A stretch of 63,051 nucleotides of DNA, the filler included, from Chrysochromulina tobinii (Eukaryota): assembly GCA_001275005.1 (NCBI GenBank). It is 8 parts of 8 records of this genome, joined end to end, with 100 filler letters (N's around TTAATTAATTAA, not from the genome) between each part and the next. Parts side by side here need not be neighbours in the genome. Positions count along the whole stretch, not along the records: positions 43,919 to 61,177 come from JWZX01000168.1; positions 61,278 to 63,051 come from JWZX01000182.1; 6 more parts are not named here. One strand, given 5' to 3'. The notes under the pieces were generated by a model that saw only the letters and a list, made by a program, of their open reading frames with translations, ran no database searches and was not told the origin of the DNA. How positions within the stretch are numbered: the stretch's first letter is position 1; every line of letters starts with the position of its first letter. The position numbers and the translations under genes were made by a program. Positions 55,517 through 63,051 of this stretch are shown here, in pieces.

Positions 55517-56491
55517 CTATTGTCCTGAGCCGTTCGGCGTTCTCCTGTGCCACATGAGGGACACGTCGTCCCACGACGTGAGCACCCCTAAGGCCGCTGC
55601 AGTGACCTCGCCCACCTGCAAGTTCGGCACCTTGCCGATGTGCGCGGCCTGGAGCATGCAGAGTAGCTGCTTGAGGGCCTGGCGAAGGCTGGCCATGAAG
55701 ACGTCGCGGTCGTCGCTGGGCATCTCGTCCGCGTCCGCGTGAGCAGCTCCGTGGGACTGCCCGTTGCCATTGCCGTTGAGTCCTGCCGCCTCTCCAACTC
55801 CAAAGCGACTGCGCACCGTCTGGGCGTGACGCAATCTGCGCGTGAGTCGCGCCGCCTCATGCGTTGCCGCCGCACGCCGCAGCTCTTTGATCGTGCGGCA
55901 CGCATGCGCGACGAACAGCATTCGAAAGGAGAGCCGAGCCGTCGTGCGCGTCGAGCCGTCGAACAGACTCAACGCGATGCCGTGCTGCTGCAACCATCGG
56001 ACGCGGTCGAGGCAATGAAAGCCGGCGATGGCCCACCGTGCAACGAGCCCGAACAGCTCGGGATCCTTGTGCCTCGTGAGCACTGCCACAAATGGGGTCA
56101 ACTCAAGCGTGCGCGCGGCGCGCCGCGCGTTCGAGAGGTTGAGAACGATCGCGTTGAGCGTCTGCGCAAGCCGCTGCCGAGCCTCTGATGGCGGCAGAAT
56201 TTTGAAGACGCTCGTGATGAGCTGGAGCGCGTACTGGATCAGGCGTCCGACCTTGTCGCGAGCGGCGTTTGTGATGAAAAAGGTGCGCAGTGGCGCGAGG
56301 CCGTCATTTCCCACGCTCTGGAGCAGCGAGAGTGCGTTGCCCGCTTCCCATCGCAGCAACGCGCCAGGCTGCAGCAGTGGGTGCGAGTGCGGCAGCTCTA
56401 TGTACGCGTTCGGATCGATCTCGTCCGGCGTCAAGTAGTCGATCACGCCATTGAGGAGCAGGTCCGCGACCACGGCCTTGGCGTTCTCCAT
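55517..56491 (-). CDS. PEX11: Peroxin-11 family protein
   Basis: RDKVGRLIQY...LSNARR..R; C-terminal LGVLTS helix. Confidence 0.75.
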   Translation of the reverse strand: MENAKAVVADLLLNGVIDYLTPDEIDPNAYIELPHSHPLLQPGALLRWEAGNALSLLQSVGNDGLAPLRTFFITNAARDKVGRLIQYALQLITSVFKILPPSEARQRLAQTLNAIVLNLSNARRAARTLELTPFVAVLTRHKDPELFGLVARWAIAGFHCLDRVRWLQQHGIALSLFDGSTRTTARLSFRMLFVAHACRTIKELRRAAATHEAARLTRRLRHAQTVRSRFGVGEAAGLNGNGNGQSHGAAHADADEMPSDDRDVFMASLRQALKQLLCMLQAAHIGKVPNLQVGEVTAAALGVLTSWDDVSLMWHRRTPNGSGQ

Positions 56492-56635
56492 TTGCGTGCG
56501 AGACCTGTTCACACTTGACCGGTCGGTGAGCAGATTAGGTGTTTGAGGTGGGAGGGGCGTGGGCCTCCCAGTACTCGCTCAGGGGCGGTGTGAAGAACGA
56601 GACGATCAAAGTGTTACCGGTAAGTTTTCCCGGCA

Positions 56636-58459
56636 ATGGCGATTGGTCGGGCGGCATTCGTCGCAATCGTGCTGACGGCAGCGACGCCCGCGAGCGCAAA
56701 TGAAAAGGCGCTCAAGACGCTGCACGCGACAGTCGCCGCGCAGAGCGCGCGCATCCAATCGCTCGAGGCGCAGCTGCGTACGGGCGTGTGTGCCACGCCG
56801 CCCAAGCCGAGTGGCGGCAAGCAATCCAAGGCTCCAGAGAGGTGCGTGCCGCTGGATGTCGACCCGGAGCCGGAGCTCGCGGCGTTCCGCGCTGGCGAGC
56901 GTCGGCGCGCCGCGGCAAAGAAGCAGGAGCTGCTCACCACCGTCTTCAACGTGTCTGTTGGCAAGCCACTCACCGCGCTCGCCATCTCTTCTGCGCTGGT
57001 CGACCACAAGGGCGTGCCGCGGCTCGTCGCAGTCGCGGACGCGTCGGGCGCGCTGCACCTGTACGACCGCGCGGGTGAACTCGCCGCATCGGTGCCCGCG
57101 ACGGGCGAGACCTCGGCCGCCATCATCTCGTCGATCATCTTCGGGACGAAGGACGACCCGTTCGTTGCGACCGGTTCGGTCGGCGGCGAGGTGGCGCTGT
57201 ACAACCTATCGCTGCCGCGGCTGCGCTCAAGCCCGACGTCAGCCTCGGGCGACCCGCTGCCGCCGCCACCCCCCACCACGCTCACGCTCGCGATGCGCGC
57301 GCCTCCGGTGCTCGACGAGCGCGGCGCCCCGGTCCCGGTGCTCACGCTGACCTCATACCTGCGCTCGAGGCGCACGCTGCTCGCGGTGGGAGACGGCTCG
57401 GGCGCGCTGCGGCTGCTGCACCGCAACGGCACACAGCGCGCGTCCGTACCCGTCGGCGGCGCCGTGCGCGTCGTCGAGCGCAGTAAGGACTCGGTGCACT
57501 TTGCCGTGGCGGCCGATGGGGTGGCAGGGATCCAGCTGCTCGATCTGTCCAAGTCCATGCCGGTACCTCTCGTGTGCGCTCTGTGGGGCACGACGGACGA
57601 GGGCGCGGAGGTGCGCGCGTCCGAGGGCGCGGAGGTCGTCTCGCTCGCGTGGGACGTGCAGCTGCCGCAGTTGCTCTACGCGGGCACGGCAAGCGGCGAG
57701 ATGCTCGTGTTCAATACAAAGTCGCGCTCTCGACAGCCAAACAAATACGGCAACGGAACCGAGGTGATGACCGTGTGCAAGCTGGTGACGGTGCTGGGTG
57801 GGCACGCCCCCGCGCCCGTGCGGCTCGCACCCCTCAAAGGGTTCCTCTTCTCGGCCGCCGACGAGCTCCTCGTCATCCACAATGTCTCCGGCCTCTACAA
57901 GCGACGCCTTGACGAGCCCACCGTCTTCTTCGGCCGATCGCTCCCACCGGTACCGGTAGCCGTCAGCGGCGGCGCGGCGGTCAGCGGCGGCGCAACGGTC
58001 GGCGGCGGCGCGGCGGGCGCGCCGCTTCTCGCTGCGGACGAGAGCCACGTCGCCGTGGGCGCGGGCGCCGCGGGCGAGCTGCAACTGCTCTTCTCGAAGC
58101 TCGCGTACAAGGAGGAGCGACCGGAGTCTCCAGCAGACGCATTCGGCTTCGGCGGCTTCGGCGAGGGCGGCAGTGGCAACAGCGGCCATTCGTCGCTGCT
58201 GCGCAACCCGATGGTCCTCGGCGTGATCATGATGCTCGTGTTCTGGCAGAGCTCCAAGTTCTATAACAAGGAGAAGGGGGGAGGACCCCCCGGTGCCGGC
58301 CTCCCTCCTGACCTCATGCGTGAGCTCGAGTCGATGAGGATGAGCGGCGGCTTCGGCAACGAGTTTGCCGACTTTGGCGGCGGCGGGAGCGGCGGCGGCG
58401 GCAGCGGCAGAGCTGTGCGCGAGAGCAGCAGCCGCATCGAGGAGATTGGCGGCAGGTAG
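56636..58459 (+). CDS. Signal peptide + coiled coil + beta-propeller-like type I membrane protein
   Basis: Repeated VAVAD..G.L.LY / LAVGDG.G.L blades; TM at NPMVLGVIMMLVFWQ. Confidence 0.65.
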   Translation: MAIGRAAFVAIVLTAATPASANEKALKTLHATVAAQSARIQSLEAQLRTGVCATPPKPSGGKQSKAPERCVPLDVDPEPELAAFRAGERRRAAAKKQELLTTVFNVSVGKPLTALAISSALVDHKGVPRLVAVADASGALHLYDRAGELAASVPATGETSAAIISSIIFGTKDDPFVATGSVGGEVALYNLSLPRLRSSPTSASGDPLPPPPPTTLTLAMRAPPVLDERGAPVPVLTLTSYLRSRRTLLAVGDGSGALRLLHRNGTQRASVPVGGAVRVVERSKDSVHFAVAADGVAGIQLLDLSKSMPVPLVCALWGTTDEGAEVRASEGAEVVSLAWDVQLPQLLYAGTASGEMLVFNTKSRSRQPNKYGNGTEVMTVCKLVTVLGGHAPAPVRLAPLKGFLFSAADELLVIHNVSGLYKRRLDEPTVFFGRSLPPVPVAVSGGAAVSGGATVGGGAAGAPLLAADESHVAVGAGAAGELQLLFSKLAYKEERPESPADAFGFGGFGEGGSGNSGHSSLLRNPMVLGVIMMLVFWQSSKFYNKEKGGGPPGAGLPPDLMRELESMRMSGGFGNEFADFGGGGSGGGGSGRAVRESSSRIEEIGGR

Positions 58460-59132
58460 GCGGCAGTGCCAGCCGTTGGCGCCGCTCCGCGGGCGGCGCT
58501 GCTGCGGAGCTGCTACAGTACGGTAGGGAGGACACTGCAGAGAGAGAAGAGATGACGAGCGAAGACCGGGAGCGCACTCAAGCCACTTGAGAGTTGAGTC
58601 GCAACGAGCGAAGCTGTTGGCAAGAGAGAGAGCGCTGCGCATTTCGCATGTGTTCCCATGGCCATGCCACGTGGCATGTATTCCCATGGCCATGCGCCAA
58701 AGGGCATACAACGAAGTAGGACCATACACGCATACAGCTGGACCCCGGCGGCGGCGGCAGGTCAACATGGTACGTCGTATAGCGAGGCCGGAGGTGCGGA
58801 CTGCGGTGCACGCGGTCTCGAGAGAGACCGCGCGCGGTTTGCCCGCCGGCACTGTTGCAGCACTTTACGAGTTATTTTCGAAGTTATTTACGAGTTCGCG
58901 TGCTGACGGCTGCGCGGCCGGGGGCGGTCGACCCTCACCCTGAACCCATAGGTATTAAACTTTTACACTCAACACAGTGAAGGCTCTGAACACTGAAGCC
59001 GATCGCGCGCGACGAACTACCCACAGCCAGCAAATTTTTCGTCGAGTACAGGACCCTCACGGTGAGACGTCGTGGAACAGCTCTCGTCGGTCGCTGCTCC
59101 TGCCGCCCACGCGCCACGTCCGAGGTCCGTTC

Positions 59133-60272
59133 TCACCTCTGTGCAGACTCTCTGAGCTCGACGTGAGGGACGGCCTCGCCGGTAGGAGCTTCACACATGG
59201 TCGGAGCTTCACACATGGACGGATCCTCACACAGCTTGTGATGCTGCTGCTGCTTGTGCGCCACCAGCCCACGCCGCATGCGCCGCACGGCCGCGCAGCA
59301 TTGCACCACCGCATGGCCGGCCGCCCAACCGATGCATGCAAGGCCAACGGCCAGACCGACAAGGGTAACTACCTTTCCGAAGGCGTGACAGAGGGCCGCA
59401 TGCCCTCGGTGCGGTGCATCATCCGCGGCGGCCGCGCTGATCGTGCTGGGGGCAGACGGAGCGGCGCTCGTCGCGTTGAGAGCCGCGGTGCCAACGCCGC
59501 CAACAGTCGCGTTGAGCGTCGCGTTGAGCGTCGCCGTGAGCGTCGTGTTGAGCGCGTCCCTGGTGGCGTTCACATTCACAGTAGGCAGTGCGTCGGCGTG
59601 GGGCATCGGGAAGGTGAAGAGGAGGACGGCGGCAAGGCCGAAGCTGCAAGCGGCGATGATGAGCCGCATCGCCTCAGTGAGCGGCTTATCCTTCTCCAGG
59701 TCGCCGCTTAGCTTTTCGAGTGCCAGACCTAGGGAGCCAGCTACGATGGCGATCCCCATCGTCACGTGGCGCCTCGTCTCCTCCTCATTGCGTTGCGGAT
59801 GCACGACAAAGTCCACGCCGATCCACGCCATGCACACGCCCCAGATGATGTGCGGCCACCGCAAGGCGTCCACGTCACGGCGGGGCAGATATGCGACAGC
59901 GGCCGCATAGTAGAGCTCCGCGCCACCGGCCGCCACAAAAAGCACGCCCATCGCCAGATGCTGCATTTGCGCGAGATCGGCCATGGCAAAGTCCCAGAGC
60001 TCGTGTGTCGGTACTGACGGCTTAAGCAGCAGCAGAACCCAGAGCACGAGCCAGATGCCGCAGGCTACCGTCGCTCCACCCGATGCACAGAAAGCACGCT
60101 CCAGCGTGGTCAGCTCCAGCAAGAGCACAGACCACGCGACCATCAGGTACAGGGCGAGGATTCCGAAGAGCCGATGGGCGAACCATACGCCCCATGCCCA
60201 CTCTGCTTGCGTCACCGGTGCGAGTACACAGCAATCCGCGGCAGCGCAAGCCACCATCGTGCCATTCACCAT
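59133..60272 (-). CDS. Multi-pass membrane protein with His-bearing helices (TMEM45/DUF716- or Ytp1-like)
   Basis: HRLFG, QHLAMG, VHPQ.....RRH in TM helices. Confidence 0.55.
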   Translation of the reverse strand: MVNGTMVACAAADCCVLAPVTQAEWAWGVWFAHRLFGILALYLMVAWSVLLLELTTLERAFCASGGATVACGIWLVLWVLLLLKPSVPTHELWDFAMADLAQMQHLAMGVLFVAAGGAELYYAAAVAYLPRRDVDALRWPHIIWGVCMAWIGVDFVVHPQRNEEETRRHVTMGIAIVAGSLGLALEKLSGDLEKDKPLTEAMRLIIAACSFGLAAVLLFTFPMPHADALPTVNVNATRDALNTTLTATLNATLNATVGGVGTAALNATSAAPSAPSTISAAAADDAPHRGHAALCHAFGKVVTLVGLAVGLACIGWAAGHAVVQCCAAVRRMRRGLVAHKQQQHHKLCEDPSMCEAPTMCEAPTGEAVPHVELRESAQR

Positions 60273-61177
60273 GTTTCGTCTTACAACCAATGGCTACTGT
60301 GAAATGTGAATCGAGTGACCCCACATGACACAGTCGCGTCGCATGCGCGGGCGGTCGCGAATCAAAACGACTGAATGCTTGCTTTTTGTGCCCTCGCTGC
60401 AATCGCGTGCGCGGCGCGTGCGCGTGAACGCCTGGGCAGCCTCGCCGCGTCCGCCCGGAGCTGTAACATAAACTTATCGGATCGAAGCTGTCTCAAATGT
60501 AAACCATCGAAACGCGCGTGAGGCCTGCCAGGCCACACCCCTGTCCCGGAGGCATGCGATTACATGCATTCCCAAACCGTCAACTGTGTTACCAAATTAG
60601 TGTGTAACTGGTTGGGCGCGAGCCCTCCAGTTTGTTGTGTAGTATAATCTAGAGTAAGATTCCTGGGCTGCATTCGCGCCCAGTTTTCATGACTAGCCCG
60701 TGGAAGTACTCGGGCCTGTCGGTGCCTCAGGGCAAGCCGCCCGCTGGGACGGCCAGCACTGAGCACCCCGCACGCAAAACGAAAACTCTCTGTGATGTGT
60801 GTAACGTAAGTCTTGAATGTATAGGTCGGCACTCAGCTGTATCCAATACACCGATTCCCCACACGCGCACCATCGATGCCCCGACGTGTCCGCCGTCCGC
60901 GCACCTCAAACGCCCACGCACCGCGACCCACCCTGGAACCACATACAGCACACACATTAGTGCACGCACTTTCCAGTTTCCACATGGTGCTGCACGTGCG
61001 GAGAGCTCACAGGCACCACCCAGACCTAACCCAGACCCACCTCGCACGCGGCCACCCCTCGGCACGCACCATGCGGCGGCGCCAGCACAGCGTCGACAGG
61101 TGCTCGGGCGTCGCTCACTTGAAGACGGCGACGGTGAGCGGCACCTCCCTCAGATGCACCTGGAAGAGGCCGCCACC

Positions 61178-61277
61178 NNNNNNNNNNNNNNNNNNNNNNN
61201 NNNNNNNNNNNNNNNNNNNNNTTAATTAATTAANNNNNNNNNNNNNNNNNNNNNNNNNNNNNNNNNNNNNNNNNNNN
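61178..61277. other. Artificial contig spacer
   Basis: N-TTAATTAATTAA-N. Confidence 0.99.
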
Positions 61278-61445
61278 GCGCCGCCTCGGCCGCGCATGAC
61301 GAGCCGCTCAGATCGAGCGTCGACAGGCTGGTGCTCGCCTTGAGGAGCGCGCCCACGACGGCGCCATCGACCTCGCCCACCGCCTGGCCGCTCAGCCGGA
61401 GCTCGGCCAGCGGCGCCGAGCTCGCCCTCAGGCCCTCGAGGAGCC
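61278..61445 (-). CDS. Second LRR fragment (further exon or paralog remnant)
   Basis: LAELRLSGQAVGEVDGAVVGALLKASTSLSTLDLSGSS; ~40 nt identical to 61992-62031. Confidence 0.45.
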
Positions 61446-61495
61446 CAGAAGGCCTGGTGTTCGGGGCTGTGCTTGCCTCGGTGGCGGCCGTGCGC

Positions 61496-63051
61496 TCAAT
61501 CAGCGTCTTCGGCGCCATCGCCGCGGTCATCGCGGTCGTCTTGACGCACGCGGCCTTCACGCAGCAGAATAGCACCAAGGAGACCAGCATAGGCGGCGGC
61601 AGCCGAGAGGGCGGCGAGAATGGCGGCGGGCAAGAGCGCGTACATGCACGCAACCACGAGAGCGAGGAGGCCGAGGCTCCAAGAACTTAACGATACGGCC
61701 TTGTCCGCGAGCTGCTCTGTGTCGAGCGGCGCGCCTCCGAAGAGACCGCCAGAGGGGGCGGGCGGCGCCAATGTGTCGCGCGACGGGAAGAGTTCGCGCC
61801 CCGTTTGGGGGGGAAGAGCTCGAGGGGGAAGAGCTCGGCTCTGCTTGCGCCCGCCGAGATCTTCCGCGATTGCCTCCGTGATTGCCTCCGCGAGCTGCTT
61901 GCGCTCATTCTCTGCTTGCGCCCGCCGCTCGACCTCACGAAGCCGCACATGCTCCTCTTGCTGGAGGCAAATCCGCGCCAGCGCCGCTGATGACGAGCCG
62001 CTCAGATCGAGCGTCGACAGGCTGGTGCTCGTCTTGAGGAGAGCAATCACGACGGCGCCCTCCGCCTCGCTCACCGCCTGGCCGCCCGTCGACACCGATG
62101 CGCCTGATCGCAGCTCGCCCACGGGCATCACCCACTCACCCAGCCTCAGCGTATGCAGCGCGCGGCCCGCCGAGACGAGCGCGACCGCCTCGTCCGCGCC
62201 CAGGCCGCTCCCGCTCACGTCGAGCTCCGCCACCACGCACGACGCCGCGCCCAGCACCGCCAAGAGCGTCGCGCCGTCGCCCGCGGCCCACGCGCCGTTG
62301 CCGCCCAGCCGCATCGTGCGCAGCGCGTTGCCCTCGCGACCCATCAGCGCGCACAGCGGCCGCAGCATCGCGAGGCACCCCGCCGCGCCCGCCACCGCGG
62401 CACGCTCGATGCGCACCTCGACCGTCCGCCTCCCATCGATCCGGCCGACGCCAAAGTGCACGCCGCTCGGCACGCCGCGCACCTCGGCAGCCCTCTGGCC
62501 GTTGATGTGCCACGCGAGCACGCCGCCGGCGAGCGTCATGCGGATCCGATCGCCCGCCTTGTACGTGGGCAGGCAGTCCTGGACCCGGGAGCCCTTGTGC
62601 TTGATTATACCGTCCGCCCTGTAGCCCCAGCTCTCGGCGTCGTCACCCAGATAGCTGGACAGGGCGCCCTTGCCCGGCAGCGCCGCGCCGATGTAGCAGC
62701 CACCAGAATTGGTGCACTGCTGCACGACGAGCTCGACCATCGGCGAGACCGCGCCGAGCAGCGCCCGCCCGTCGCAGTTCTCGAGCCTCACGCTCCGCCC
62801 GCCGTCGCCGAGCGTGGCGCTCGCGACCTTGAGCTCCGGCGCAAACAGCAGCGCGAGCCGCTGCAGCGCGGCGGTGTCTGCCGCGCCGATCGCCTGCGCC
62901 GAGCAGTCGACCTCCCGCAGCGACAGACGGGACGCGCCGCTCATCAGGGCCGCCTGCCGCTCTAGGACCGCCTCAAACGGCATCCGACCGTCCGTCGTGT
63001 ACAGCACGTTCGCGAGCCGCAGCTCGGCGAGCGGCGCCGCACTCTCGCGCA
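61496..63051 (-). CDS. RI-like leucine-rich repeat protein with inserted SPRY domain and C-terminal TM; 5'-truncated
   Basis: LREVDCS, LRTMRLGGN, VAELDVSGS, LSTLDLSGS; SPRY: YIG...YLGDDAESWGY...YKAGDRI...LAWHING. Confidence 0.7.
   Translation of the reverse strand, partial: RESAAPLAELRLANVLYTTDGRMPFEAVLERQAALMSGASRLSLREVDCSAQAIGAADTAALQRLALLFAPELKVASATLGDGGRSVRLENCDGRALLGAVSPMVELVVQQCTNSGGCYIGAALPGKGALSSYLGDDAESWGYRADGIIKHKGSRVQDCLPTYKAGDRIRMTLAGGVLAWHINGQRAAEVRGVPSGVHFGVGRIDGRRTVEVRIERAAVAGAAGCLAMLRPLCALMGREGNALRTMRLGGNGAWAAGDGATLLAVLGAASCVVAELDVSGSGLGADEAVALVSAGRALHTLRLGEWVMPVGELRSGASVSTGGQAVSEAEGAVVIALLKTSTSLSTLDLSGSSSAALARICLQQEEHVRLREVERRAQAENERKQLAEAITEAIAEDLGGRKQSRALPPRALPPQTGRELFPSRDTLAPPAPSGGLFGGAPLDTEQLADKAVSLSSWSLGLLALVVACMYALLPAAILAALSAAAAYAGLLGAILLREGRVRQDDRDDRGDGAEDAD

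Noticed and set aside
60440..61177. Possible retroelement UTR/LTR
   Set aside because: No second copy, terminal repeat or coding signature in the window.

Overview
This is eukaryotic, GC-rich nuclear DNA, most likely from a haptophyte (Chrysochromulina/Prymnesiophyceae-like); the taxon is inferred from gene content and repeat style. The window is 8 unlinked contigs joined by artificial N-TTAATTAATTAA-N spacers: 1-5467, 5568-22030, 22131-28435, 28536-34106, 34207-39747, 39848-43818, 43919-61177, 61278-63051. Recognisable genes are actin, LSm1, RRP8, MsrA, RNF32, PEX11, an EAF-domain protein, a TyrP-type transporter, an M20 peptidase, three 2OG-Fe(II) oxygenases, three glycosyltransferases, a NAA40-like GNAT and a beta-helix/extensin surface protein that the ORF track misses. 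Main points of interest: (1) a recurrent class of spliceosomal introns built from a 7-11 bp TGA-containing minisatellite filler, usually plus a copy of the flanking exon, often stacked in tandem with zero-length exons, with one antisense in-frame copy; (2) a lower-GC, virus-like island of tiny orphan genes with BC-box (Vif SLQxLA-like) N-termini and a shared intergenic motif, next to a telomeric repeat; (3) a 6-exon R-S-E ADP-ribosyltransferase-HEAT protein; (4) a U-box/SIM/SUMO-like/SWIM protein; (5) an apparently deleted DIRS-like tyrosine recombinase; (6) a small SINE/LINE-end-like dispersed repeat. All domain calls come from motif recognition by eye; no database searches were run.
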